This document shows, in pieces, positions 33,661 to 42,493 of a stretch of 64,000 nucleotides of DNA (positions within the stretch are counted from its first letter, which is position 1; each line of letters begins with the position of its first letter). The DNA comes from an uncultured Gemmatimonadales bacterium (lineage in GTDB: Bacteria > Gemmatimonadota > Gemmatimonadetes > Gemmatimonadales > GWC2-71-9). A program made the position numbers and the translations under genes. The notes below the pieces were generated by a model. The model did no database searches. It was not told the origin of the DNA and worked only from the letters and a program-made list of their open reading frames with translations. The DNA lies in NCBI GenBank assembly GCA_963728915.1, contig CAVSLV010000004.1:534626-598625 (forward strand). Reading direction: 5' to 3'.

Positions 33661-34064
33661 GATCGTTCTCCTCCGGTTTCCGCCGTGGCGGTCCGGCCGC
33701 CGGTCATCGGCAATCTTCCTCTCCCATGGGCCCGGCTTCGGTCCAGGGCACGATGGCGCTCCAGGCGCAGGGTCTCATCGTGGCCCAGCGCGTCGATGAC
33801 CGCCTGAACCAGGCGCCCTTGCGGCCCGGTCTCGTAGCGCAGTCGGTACAGCACGTATTGCGCGATCGGCGTGTCGCGGACGATCCGCGCCTTCTTGAGC
33901 ACGGTGAGGTGCCGCGAAACCGTCGGTTGGGGCAGGTCGAGCACCAGCTGGAGGTCCGAGACGAAGAGGGGCGCCGCCTGGAGACAGTTCAGAATACGAA
34001 GCCGGGTCGGCTCGGCGAGAATCAGCAGCAGGTCGATCGGGGGAAGCACGCTCATATGCGGCAC
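33657..34064 (-). CDS. ArsR/SmtB-family transcriptional regulator lacking the CVC metal site
   Basis: HTH block LAEPTRLRILNCLQAAPLFVSDLQLVLDLPQPTVSRHLTVLKKARIV. The canonical ELCVCDL position reads PLFVSDL. There is a 4-nt overlap with phoB. An alternative start is ATG 34055. Confidence 0.85.
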   Translation of the reverse strand: MPHMSVLPPIDLLLILAEPTRLRILNCLQAAPLFVSDLQLVLDLPQPTVSRHLTVLKKARIVRDTPIAQYVLYRLRYETGPQGRLVQAVIDALGHDETLRLERHRALDRSRAHGRGRLPMTGGRTATAETGGERS

Positions 34065-34112
34065 AACATATATACGCCCAGGTGAATCCCGGCAAGCCGG
34101 CCCTTCCCCGCA

Positions 34113-34418
34113 TTGCGTGGCGGGCCCGGGCCGGGGATTTTACAGGATGGCGCTCGAACGCGTCTCCCCGTGACCGCTCCCGAGCCGGCCACGATCTTCA
34201 TCAACGAACGCATGTTCCGGGTTAGGCCGGGGGTTTCCGCGGTGGAGGCGGCCGCCCAGCTCGATCCGGATCTGCCCGCCGCGCTCCGGGCCGGCACCGC
34301 CTATCTCACCGACGCGCGGGGCATCCGGCTCGGCGGGGACGAGCCGGTCGCCCCGGGCACGATTCTCCGGGTCGTTCGGTCCGCCCGCGACACGAAGGAA
34401 CCCGATGCTCACTCGTGA
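34113..34418 (+). CDS. Small hypothetical protein, first gene of the nucleoside operon (start uncertain)
   Basis: The ORF has strongly G/C-biased third codon positions. A possible GTG start at 34170 gives VTAPEPATIFINERMFRV. The ORF overlaps the add start by 14 nt. No motif was recognised. Confidence 0.45.
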   Translation: MRGGPGPGILQDGARTRLPVTAPEPATIFINERMFRVRPGVSAVEAAAQLDPDLPAALRAGTAYLTDARGIRLGGDEPVAPGTILRVVRSARDTKEPDAHS

Positions 34419-35430
34419 GACCCTGGCACGGCTCCCCAAGGCCGAGCTGCACGTGCATCTCGACGGATCGCTCCGTCCCGCCACCATGCTCGAGCTGGCG
34501 AGAGACGCTGGCGTCGCCCTGCCGGCCGACGATCCCGAATCGCTCTATCGCTACATGGTGGTGACCGACGCCCGGAACCTGGGGGATTATCTCAAGCGCT
34601 TCGACATCACCGTCGCGCTGCTCCAGACCGCCGAGGCGATCGAGCGGGTCGCCTACGAGATGGTGGAGGATGCCGCCCGGGATCAGGTCCGGTATCTGGA
34701 GGTGCGCTACTGTCCGCACCTCTCCACTCACGGCGGGCTCACCATGGAACGGGTGGTCGAAGCCCAGGCCCGCGGGTTTCAGCGGGGAGAGCGGGACTTC
34801 GGGCTGCGGACCGGCATCATCAACTGCTCCCTGCGTCACTATCCTCCCGACCGTTCGATCGAAATCGCCGAGATCTCGGTCCGGAGCAGGTCGCTCGGCG
34901 TCGTCGGCTTCGATCTCGCCGGCGGGGAGGCGGGATTCCCTCCCGGAGTGCATGGCGCCGCGTTCGACACGGCCCTGGCCGGAAACCTCGGGATCACGGT
35001 ACACGCCGGCGAAGCCTACGGGCCCGCGTCGGTGTCCGAGGCGATCCGGCGTTGCCACGCCATGCGGATCGGCCACGGGACCCGGCTCAAGGAGAATCCC
35101 GCGCTCCAGAACTTCGTGCGGGATCGGCGGATTCTGATTGAGACCAACATCACGAGCAACGTCCAGACCCGGGTGGTGCCGACCCCCGCGGACCATCCGG
35201 TTCGGGGGTATTTCGATGCCCAGCTGGCGGTCACCCTATGCACCGACAGCTGGCTCATGAGCGGGACCACCCTGACCGACGAGTACTGGCTGGCCCATCG
35301 AAGTCTCGGATTCACCCGAAAGGAGATCGACCGGATGATCCTCAACGGCTTCGCCGGTGCGTTTCTCGCCTGGCCCGAGCGGCAGGTCCTGATCGAGTCG
35401 GTGCGGCAGGAGCTGGAGGCGATCCCATGA
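34405..35430 (+). CDS. add: Adenosine deaminase
   Basis: LPKAELHVHLDGSLRP metal-binding block, GFDLAGGE, ITVHAGE and TDSWLM (the usual TDD region). Confidence 0.92.
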   Translation: MLTRETLARLPKAELHVHLDGSLRPATMLELARDAGVALPADDPESLYRYMVVTDARNLGDYLKRFDITVALLQTAEAIERVAYEMVEDAARDQVRYLEVRYCPHLSTHGGLTMERVVEAQARGFQRGERDFGLRTGIINCSLRHYPPDRSIEIAEISVRSRSLGVVGFDLAGGEAGFPPGVHGAAFDTALAGNLGITVHAGEAYGPASVSEAIRRCHAMRIGHGTRLKENPALQNFVRDRRILIETNITSNVQTRVVPTPADHPVRGYFDAQLAVTLCTDSWLMSGTTLTDEYWLAHRSLGFTRKEIDRMILNGFAGAFLAWPERQVLIESVRQELEAIP

Positions 35431-36803
35431 CCCTCCTATTCCTGTTCCAGCAGACCGCCGCGGAGCGACTGGCTCAGGCGGCGCAGGGCCTCAACATTCC
35501 GCTGGGCGAGCGCCTGATCGGGCTGCTCGGCGTCGCCACCATGATCGGGATCGCGGTGCTGCTGAGCCAGGACCGCCGGCGGATCAACTGGCGCCTGGTC
35601 TTCACCGGTCTGTCGCTCCAGTTCGTCTTCGGGCTCCTGGTGCTCAAGACCGCCGCGGGCCGGGCGGTGTTCAAGACCATCGGCGATGGGATTACCGCCC
35701 TGCTCGGGTTCCAGGAGCAGGGCGCCCGGTTCGTGTTCGGGAACCTGGTCCAGTCCACCGTGCCGGTGGGGATGCCCGGCCCGAACGGGACCCTCGACAC
35801 CTCGGTGGGCTGGGTGGCCAATACCGGCGCGTTCTTCGCGTTCAACGTGCTCCCCACGATCATCTTCTTCTCCGCGCTGATGACCGTGCTGTACTACCTC
35901 GGCGTCATGCAGCTGATCGTGAAGGGTATTGCCTGGGCGATGCAGAAGACCCTGGGCACCTCGGGAGCGGAGACCCTGTCGGCCTCGGGAAACATCTTCC
36001 TGGGGCAGACCGAGGCCCCGCTCCTGATCAAGCCTTTCGTCAAGACGTTCACGCCGTCCGAGCTCAACACCGTCATGGTGGGCGGGTTTGCGACGGTCGC
36101 AGGCGGTGTGCTGGCGGCCTACGTGGGGATGCTCTCGGGAAGGTTCCCCGGGATCGCGTCGCACCTCCTGGCCGCGAGTGTGATGAATGCGCCGGCGGGC
36201 CTCTTCCTCTCCAAGATCATCGTGCCCGAAACCGGGGAGCCGGTGAGCAAGGGGAGTCTCAAGATGCCGGTGGAGAAGACCGAACGCAGCGTCATCGAGG
36301 CGGCGGCGAGCGGGGCCGGGACCGGCCTCCAGCTGGCGCTCAACGTCGCGGCGATGCTGATGGCGTTCGTGGCGCTCATTGCCCTGCTCAACGCCTTGCT
36401 GGGCTGGGTGGGTGGCTGGGTGGGGTTACCCGATTTGAGCCTTCAGCTTGTGCTGGGCACCGCGCTTCGGCCGCTGGCGTGGGTCATGGGAGTGCCGTGG
36501 CATGATACGGCCTACGTCGGCTCCCTCATCGGCATCAAGACCTCGCTCAATGAGTTCGTGGCCTACGCCCAGTTTGCGAGCGATCTGAGCGGTCCCATGG
36601 TGCTCTCCCCCCGGAGTGCGATCATCCTGACCTACGCCCTGCTCGGCTTTGCGAACTTTTCCTCGATCGCGATCCAGATCGGGGGGATCGGCGGGCTGGC
36701 GCCCGAGCGCCGGGGCGAGATCGCCCGGCTCGGGCTTCGCGCCATGATCGCGGGAAACCTGGCGGCCTTCATTTCGGCCTGCTGGGCGGGGATGCTGACG
36801 TGA
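35427..36803 (+). CDS. nupC: Concentrative nucleoside transporter (NupC/CNT family)
   Basis: ATG 35427 overlaps the add stop (ATGA). Multi-TM protein with GNIFLGQTEAPLLIKPF, GGFATVAGGVLAAYV and SLNEFVAY blocks. Confidence 0.88.
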   Translation: MTLLFLFQQTAAERLAQAAQGLNIPLGERLIGLLGVATMIGIAVLLSQDRRRINWRLVFTGLSLQFVFGLLVLKTAAGRAVFKTIGDGITALLGFQEQGARFVFGNLVQSTVPVGMPGPNGTLDTSVGWVANTGAFFAFNVLPTIIFFSALMTVLYYLGVMQLIVKGIAWAMQKTLGTSGAETLSASGNIFLGQTEAPLLIKPFVKTFTPSELNTVMVGGFATVAGGVLAAYVGMLSGRFPGIASHLLAASVMNAPAGLFLSKIIVPETGEPVSKGSLKMPVEKTERSVIEAAASGAGTGLQLALNVAAMLMAFVALIALLNALLGWVGGWVGLPDLSLQLVLGTALRPLAWVMGVPWHDTAYVGSLIGIKTSLNEFVAYAQFASDLSGPMVLSPRSAIILTYALLGFANFSSIAIQIGGIGGLAPERRGEIARLGLRAMIAGNLAAFISACWAGMLT

Positions 36804-37612
36804 GCGCGGACGTCACGGAGGCCCGCGACGCGATCGCCCGCCGGCTGGGTTCGCGGCAGCCTGCCCTCGCGATCGTGCTGGGCTCCGGGTTAGGCGGGCT
36901 CGCCGATCGGATCGAGCAGCCGGTCCGGATTCCCTATGGCGAGATTCCCGGATTTCACGTCCCCCGGGTCGAGGGACACAAGGGGGAGCTGGTCGCGGGG
37001 CAGCTCGGCGGCCGGACGGTCCTGGCCCAGAGCGGCCGCTTCCACATGTATGAGGGCTACAGTCCCGATACCGCCGCGCTCCCGGTCCGGGCGTTCGCGG
37101 GGCTGGGCATTCGCACCCTGATCGTGACCAATGCGGCCGGCGGGATCCGGCGAACCTATGGCCACGGCACGATCATGCTGATTGCCGACCATCTCAACCT
37201 GACGGGACGTAACCCGCTGGTGGGTCACGCGCGGGCGGGCGAAGAGCGCTTCCCCGACATGACCGACGCCTACGACTCCTCCCTTCGAGGGGTGGCGCGG
37301 GCCGCCGCCCGCCGGCTGGGCATCACGCTGGAGGAAGGCGTGTACGCCGGATTGCTGGGCCCGAGCTACGAGACCCCCGCCGAAGTGCGGATGCTGGAGC
37401 GCCTCGGCGCGGACGCGGTCGGCATGAGCACGGTGCTCGAGGTGGTGGCCGCTCGTGCGCTCGGGATGAAGTGCCTGGGATTTTCTCTGGTGACAAACCC
37501 CGGGGCCGGGATCAGCCCGACCCCGCTTTCCCACGCCGAGGTGATGGACATTGCGGGGAAAGCGGGCCAGGAGCTGGCCCGGTTGGTCGAGGGCGTGGTC
37601 AGGGCGCTGTGA
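36800..37612 (+). CDS. punA: Purine nucleoside phosphorylase (trimeric PNP type)
   Basis: Blocks LGSGLGGLAD, SGRFHMYEGY, IVTNAAGG and GADAVGMSTVLEV. There is a 4-nt overlap with the transporter gene. Confidence 0.9.
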   Translation: MSADVTEARDAIARRLGSRQPALAIVLGSGLGGLADRIEQPVRIPYGEIPGFHVPRVEGHKGELVAGQLGGRTVLAQSGRFHMYEGYSPDTAALPVRAFAGLGIRTLIVTNAAGGIRRTYGHGTIMLIADHLNLTGRNPLVGHARAGEERFPDMTDAYDSSLRGVARAAARRLGITLEEGVYAGLLGPSYETPAEVRMLERLGADAVGMSTVLEVVAARALGMKCLGFSLVTNPGAGISPTPLSHAEVMDIAGKAGQELARLVEGVVRAL

Positions 37613-37619
37613 GATCACC

Positions 37620-37643
37620 GGTCCGCCGGTCCGCCGGTCCGCC
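37620..37643. repeat. 3 x 8-nt tandem array GGTCCGCC between convergent genes, abutting the thiD stop codon
   Basis: GGTCCGCC GGTCCGCC GGTCCGCC followed by CTA. The junction GTCCGCCCTAT is identical to the one at 8352-8362. Confidence 0.9.
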
Positions 37644-38417
37644 CTATGCGTGCCACACCGGGCCGTTGCCGCTCCCGAGCGCCGGGGCGGCCGCAATCGC
37701 GCTCCGGACGTAGTCGATGCCGGTGGCAACGGCCTCATCGACATTCTTGCCGAGGGCAAGGCCGGCGGTGATCGCGGCGGAGAGGGTACACCCGGTGCCG
37801 TGGGTCGAAGTGGTCGCGATGCGGGGATGGGAAAAGTGCCGCACCGAATCGGCGGTGACCAGCACGTCGACCAGGACGTCACCCGGAAGATGCCCACCCT
37901 TGACCAGCGCGGCCCGCGCTCCGGCTTCCACCAGCCGCTGCCCGGCGCGTTCCATTTCCCCGGGATTGCCGACCTGGCTGCCGGTGAGCGCCGCGGCCTC
38001 TTCGAGATTCGGAGTGACGAGAAGAGCGAGCGGCACCAGCCGTGCGAGGATCTCTGCTTCGGCTTCGGGCTCGAGCAGGCGATCGCCCGAGCTCGCCACC
38101 ATGACCGGATCGAGGACGTACCGCATCATGCGGTGCGCCAGGACCCCCGCCGCGATTTCGCGAATCAGCTCGGCGCTGGCCAGCATACCGGTCTTGATCG
38201 CCGAGGGAAAGAGATCTTCCGCGATGGCCGCGAGCTGGGCTCGGACGATGTCGGCGGGAATCGGATGAACCGCCCGCACGCCCCGGGTATTCTGCGCGGT
38301 GACCGCGGTGACGACCGAGGTCCCGAACACGCCGAAATGCTGAAAGGTCTTGAGGTCCGCCTGAATGCCCGCGCCGCCACCGGAGTCGGAGCCCGCTATC
38401 GTAAGGGCGATCTGCAT
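37644..38417 (-). CDS. thiD: Hydroxymethylpyrimidine / phosphomethylpyrimidine kinase
   Basis: N-terminus MQIALTIAGSDSGGGAGIQADLKTF and C-terminal GTGCTLSAAI block. Confidence 0.92.
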   Translation of the reverse strand: MQIALTIAGSDSGGGAGIQADLKTFQHFGVFGTSVVTAVTAQNTRGVRAVHPIPADIVRAQLAAIAEDLFPSAIKTGMLASAELIREIAAGVLAHRMMRYVLDPVMVASSGDRLLEPEAEAEILARLVPLALLVTPNLEEAAALTGSQVGNPGEMERAGQRLVEAGARAALVKGGHLPGDVLVDVLVTADSVRHFSHPRIATTSTHGTGCTLSAAITAGLALGKNVDEAVATGIDYVRSAIAAAPALGSGNGPVWHA

Positions 38418-39181
38418 TGATGAGTCGAACCCTGTTGGCCCTGGTTCGTGATCTCCGGCTGCGCCGCGGGCGTGAACGTCGCGGGCTCACTCTCGCCGAA
38501 GGCATCCGGCTGGTCGAGGAGGCCATCGAGTCCGGAATCCCGATTCGCCACGTGCTCGTGAGCCCCGCACTGGAAGCTACCCCCCGCGGTCGGGGGCTCC
38601 AAGCCGTTTTGGAGAACCCGTCCTTTCCGATGGAGCGGGTGACCGACAAGGTGTTCGAGAGCCTCGCGGCGACCGAGCACCCCCAGGGCGTGCTCGCGGT
38701 GGTCGAGCCGCGGCGGTGGTCCCTCGAGGACCTGTCCCCCGGGGCGCACCGCCCGGTGCTGGTGCTCGATGCGGTCCAGGACCCGGGCAATGTCGGCACC
38801 ATGATCCGGACCGCCTTTGGCCTCGGAGGGGCCGGGGTGGTCGCGCTTCCCGGCACCGCGGAGCTGACCAATCCCAAGGTGCTGCGGGCCGGCATGGGAG
38901 GAACCTTTCGCATGCCCTGCGTACCCGCCGACGAATCGGCCTTCCGCGCCTGGGCCGGCGCCAGGAGGCTCCGGGTCATGCTCGCTGAAGCCGGCGCGCC
39001 GCTTCCCGCGCGAGGGTCCGGCCCGGTCGCGCTGGTGGTGGGGAACGAGGGCGCCGGCCTGCGGGCTTCGCTCGGCGAATGGGTGCCGGAGAAGGTCGGG
39101 GTCCCGCTCGGCCCGGGCGCGGAATCCCTGAACGTCGCGATCGCCGCAGGCATCCTGCTCTACGAGGTGACCCGTGACTGA
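38417..39181 (+). CDS. SpoU/TrmH-family RNA 2-prime-O-methyltransferase
   Basis: Blocks LVLDAVQDPGNVGTMIRTA, LVVGNEGAGL and ESLNVAIAAGILLYE. Start is TTG 38417 or ATG 38420. Confidence 0.85.
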   Translation: MMSRTLLALVRDLRLRRGRERRGLTLAEGIRLVEEAIESGIPIRHVLVSPALEATPRGRGLQAVLENPSFPMERVTDKVFESLAATEHPQGVLAVVEPRRWSLEDLSPGAHRPVLVLDAVQDPGNVGTMIRTAFGLGGAGVVALPGTAELTNPKVLRAGMGGTFRMPCVPADESAFRAWAGARRLRVMLAEAGAPLPARGSGPVALVVGNEGAGLRASLGEWVPEKVGVPLGPGAESLNVAIAAGILLYEVTRD

Positions 39182-39947
39182 TCGATGGATCGTCGCCGTC
39201 GTCGCCGGATTGTTCGGGTTGCTGATCGGCAGCTTCCTGAACGTTTGTATCGTCCGGCTTCCGGCGGACCAGTCGGTCGTCCGACCCGGTTCGCGCTGCC
39301 CGAAATGCGGCACGCCGATCCGCTGGTGGGCCAACATTCCGGTGTTTTCGTGGATGCTGCTCCGGGGAAAGTGCCGGGATTGCGCCGCGCCCATCAGCAT
39401 CCTGTACCCGCTGGTCGAGCTGGGAACCGGGTTGCTGTTCTTCGGCGCCGTGTTCCACTATGGACTCGGCCTCGAGGCAGTCCGCGCCGCTGTGTTCGGG
39501 ACCCTGCTCCTCGGCATCGCCCTCACCGACGCTCGCACCTACCTCATTCCCGACGAATTCACCCTCGGCGGTCTTGCTTTCGGGTTGATCCTCGCCGTCA
39601 TTGGAGGACTTCGCCCGCTCACCCTTGCGCTGATCGGCGCCGCAGTGGGCTTTCTGGTCCTCTGGCTGGTCGGCGCGGCAGGGAAATGGATGTTGAAGGA
39701 AGAGGCGATGGGTGGTGGGGACATCAAGATGATGGCGATGGTCGGCGCCTTTCTTGGATGGCAAGGCGTGCTGCTCACCATTTTTCTGGGGGCGTTTGCT
39801 GGTACGGTGATCTTTCTCCCTCTCAAGCTTCTTGGCAGGACCCGCCTGGTGCCGTTCGGGGTGTTCCTTGCGATCGGCGCCGCGGTCACCTGGCTGATCG
39901 GCCCGGGAATCCTCGATTGGTATCGGCGCTACCTCGGGGGCGCCTGA
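39174..39947 (+). CDS. Type IV prepilin peptidase (A24 family)
   Basis: Blocks GSFLNVCIVRLP, CPKCGTPIRWWANIPVFSW and GGGDIKMMAMVGAFLG. GTG 39174 overlaps the upstream stop. Confidence 0.88.
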   Translation: MTDRWIVAVVAGLFGLLIGSFLNVCIVRLPADQSVVRPGSRCPKCGTPIRWWANIPVFSWMLLRGKCRDCAAPISILYPLVELGTGLLFFGAVFHYGLGLEAVRAAVFGTLLLGIALTDARTYLIPDEFTLGGLAFGLILAVIGGLRPLTLALIGAAVGFLVLWLVGAAGKWMLKEEAMGGGDIKMMAMVGAFLGWQGVLLTIFLGAFAGTVIFLPLKLLGRTRLVPFGVFLAIGAAVTWLIGPGILDWYRRYLGGA

Positions 39948-41155
39948 TGGGCCGTCTCCTCCTCCCGTGGATCGCGCTCCTCCTCGGCTGCCGGGGCACC
40001 CCACGCAATGCCCCGATCCAGCAGGATGAGCTCGCCCGGATCGTGGACAGCCTGCGCCCCGCGGTCGAGCGGGCCACCGGTCTCACCTTCAAGGGACCGA
40101 CCAGGTCCTCGCTCCGCGATCGCGCCGAGCTCAGGGAGTTTCTGGTGGGCAAACTCCGGGAGGATTTCCCGGTCGAGCGGGAAGAGGGCATCGCCGCGGT
40201 CTATCGCCTGCTTGGCCTGATCCCCGATACGCTGGATCTGAGGGCGTTGCTGCTGGATCTCTACACCGAGCAGGTCGCCGGCTTCTACGATCCGGCCACC
40301 CGGACTCTGTACGCCATGCGGGGCGCCGACCCGACCCAGCTTCGTCTGGTGCTGGCCCACGAGCTGGTGCACGCGCTCCAGGACCAGTACCTGCCGCTCG
40401 ACTCGCTCCTGCGCGAGAAGAGCGACGGCGACCGCCAGAGCGCGGCGCAGGCGGTGCTGGAAGGGCACGCCACCATCGCGTCGATCCAGGTGCTCACCCC
40501 CGGGCAGGATGTGCTGGCGCGACCCGAATTCTGGCAGCTCTTCCGGGATCAGATCACCCAGCAGCAGAGCTCGATGGAGGTATTCTCCCGGGCGCCGCTG
40601 GCCCTTCGCTTCGAGCTGATCTTTCCCTATCTCTACGGCGCGGAATTCATGCGCTGGTGGGAAACCGCGCATGCCGGGCAACCGCTCCCCTCCGTTTCCA
40701 CCCTTCCGGTCTCGACCGAGCAGGTCCTCCATCCCAACCGCTATGCCGGCGGGGACGCTCCGGTGCCGGTTCGCTTCGCCGATTCGAGCTCGGCGGTGCT
40801 GTACGAGGACACCATGGGAGAGCTGGGGGTGCAGACCGTCGCCGCGGTCCTCCGGGGAGAACAGGACGTTCATCCGGAAGTCGCGGTGGGGTGGGGGGGA
40901 GACCGTTTTCGGGCCTATCGGACTGCCGGCGGTGCGGCCCTGGTGTGGGTCACCGTATGGGACGATTCCGCCAGCGCCGGCCGGTTCCTCCGGGAGACCG
41001 GGGCCAGGCTGCTGTCCCGGGCCCCGGCCGGATACCGCGCCGAAGTGGTGCGGGTTATGGGGCCGGCGAGGGCTCCCGGCGTGCGGGTCGTGCTCGCTCC
41101 CGATACCTGGTCGGGATGGCGCCGGCTCCCGGCCGTGCGGCTCAACAATCGATGA
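39947..41155 (+). CDS. Lipoprotein with HExxH motif (putative zinc metallopeptidase-like)
   Basis: ATG 39947 (TGATG overlap with the peptidase stop) gives MGRLLLPWIALLLGC. LAHELVHALQDQY is present. The upstream part of ORF 39185..41155 is an out-of-frame shadow of the prepilin peptidase gene. Confidence 0.65.
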   Translation: MGRLLLPWIALLLGCRGTPRNAPIQQDELARIVDSLRPAVERATGLTFKGPTRSSLRDRAELREFLVGKLREDFPVEREEGIAAVYRLLGLIPDTLDLRALLLDLYTEQVAGFYDPATRTLYAMRGADPTQLRLVLAHELVHALQDQYLPLDSLLREKSDGDRQSAAQAVLEGHATIASIQVLTPGQDVLARPEFWQLFRDQITQQQSSMEVFSRAPLALRFELIFPYLYGAEFMRWWETAHAGQPLPSVSTLPVSTEQVLHPNRYAGGDAPVPVRFADSSSAVLYEDTMGELGVQTVAAVLRGEQDVHPEVAVGWGGDRFRAYRTAGGAALVWVTVWDDSASAGRFLRETGARLLSRAPAGYRAEVVRVMGPARAPGVRVVLAPDTWSGWRRLPAVRLNNR

Positions 41156-41198
41156 AGCTGCGGCGTATCGCTGGGAAGACCTGCGTGGAGATTCTCTC

Positions 41199-41822
41199 GT
41201 GAAGGGTATTGTGTTTTCCGTCCTGACTGTGCTCACTCCGCTCGCCGTCACAGCAGCCCAGAGCTCGAAGGCCAGGGCCCCCACCCCGGCTCGCTATACC
41301 CTCGCACCGGAAAGCGAAGCCCGCTTCGTGGTCCGGGAACAGCTCGCCGGCGCAACGCTCCCCAATGACGCGATCGGCCGGACCGGGGCGATCACCGGAA
41401 CCATCGTGCTCGAGGCCGCCGGGAAGGTGGACCGCGGCGCCTCCCGGATCGTGGTCCAGCTCGACTCCCTGAAGAGCGACCAGGCCCGGCGCGACCGCTA
41501 TATCAAACGGCGCACCCTGGTCACCGATTCGTTTCCGACCGCCGAACTGGTGCCCATCGAGCTGAGGGGGTTTCCCGCGAAGCTCCCGGCCAGCGGAGCC
41601 TTCACCTTCAGCGTGATCGGCGACCTCACCGTGCATGGGGTCACGAAGCCGACGACCTGGGATGTCTCCGCGACGGTGGCGGGCGGCGTGGTTTCGGGCA
41701 CCGCCTCGACCCATCTCCAGTTCGCCGACTTCGGCATGGATCGTCCCCGGGTTGCCATCGTGCTCAGTGTGGTGGACGACATCAAGCTGGAATTCGACTT
41801 CCGGTTCGTTCCCGCAACCTAG
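41199..41822 (+). CDS. YceI-family periplasmic protein
   Basis: GTG 41199 gives the signal peptide VKGIVFSVLTVLTPLAVTAAQS. The blocks LDSLKSDQARRDRYI and GDLTVHGVTKP are typical of YceI. Confidence 0.8.
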   Translation: MKGIVFSVLTVLTPLAVTAAQSSKARAPTPARYTLAPESEARFVVREQLAGATLPNDAIGRTGAITGTIVLEAAGKVDRGASRIVVQLDSLKSDQARRDRYIKRRTLVTDSFPTAELVPIELRGFPAKLPASGAFTFSVIGDLTVHGVTKPTTWDVSATVAGGVVSGTASTHLQFADFGMDRPRVAIVLSVVDDIKLEFDFRFVPAT

Positions 41823-42493
41823 AAATCGTTCGAGTAGGTCAGAAACTTGGCGCGGCCATCCCGAACGACGATGGAACCGAACAGCCGCTTGGTGAAAGTG
41901 CTGTCCTCGGTTCCATAGGAGACCCGGTAGCGGACCTGGCAGGGAGACCAGATCACCGGGGTGGACGGGGTCGGGGGCCGCGTCACGATTTGCAGCGTGT
42001 CGCGGTGACAGGTGAAGCCGAGGAGCGCGAGGGGCTTCCCCCCGTAGCGCTTGAGCAGCCGGTGAAACCCGGTCTGGTCTTCTCCCTGGAGCTGCATCCA
42101 GAAGACCGCGGGATCCAGCTCGTAGGGTGGAATGGCGTAGAGGTGCTCCGGAAAGATCAGCCAGGCGAACTCGGCCCGTGTGATCAGCAGCTTCCCCAGC
42201 GCCGCGGTGTCCTGGCGCGACACTCCCACCAGGAATTGCCGGACCAGCCCGTCTCGACTTTCCGCCCCATTGGCAAGCTTCAAGGGTTCGACCAGTCCTT
42301 CCCGGAACCGGCGGATGTACTCCGGCATGGGAAGAATCGAGTCGATCTTGTCCCCGGGCTTTCTCCAGGGACGGGCACTGTCGAAGACCGCGACCGTGGT
42401 GCGGGCGCTGTCCGCGGCATTGTTTCCCGACGATCTGCACCCGACCGCGAGGGCGACGAGTCCAACCCGACTGCCGAATCGTATGAGGGTCAT
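41819..42493 (-). CDS. Hypothetical lipoprotein
   Basis: ATG 42493 gives MTLIRFGSRVGLVALAVGC (lipobox). About 224 aa with coding-like GC3. No motif was recognised. Confidence 0.55.
   Translation of the reverse strand: MTLIRFGSRVGLVALAVGCRSSGNNAADSARTTVAVFDSARPWRKPGDKIDSILPMPEYIRRFREGLVEPLKLANGAESRDGLVRQFLVGVSRQDTAALGKLLITRAEFAWLIFPEHLYAIPPYELDPAVFWMQLQGEDQTGFHRLLKRYGGKPLALLGFTCHRDTLQIVTRPPTPSTPVIWSPCQVRYRVSYGTEDSTFTKRLFGSIVVRDGRAKFLTYSNDF

Noticed and set aside
34054-34071. ArsR operator: inverted repeat ATATG-8 nt-CATAT over the arsR-like start region
   Set aside because: The arms are only 5 bp, lie in an AT-rich patch and partly sit inside the alternative coding start. I mention it only as a weak candidate.
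35238-36803. N-terminal extensions of listed ORFs (35238..36803, 39185..41155, 40671..41822, 20201..21409, 59155..59862, 18507..20366, 26633..27520)
   Set aside because: The extensions overlap the preceding gene out of frame and translate to Arg/Pro-rich sequence. Internal starts with signal peptides, family-typical N-termini or ATGA/GTGA coupling were chosen instead.
38418-38520. TPP riboswitch upstream of thiD
   Set aside because: The thiD start codon abuts the divergent methyltransferase start, so there is no non-coding leader. I could not see the conserved CTGAGA and ACCTGA elements in the first about 100 nt of the opposite coding region.
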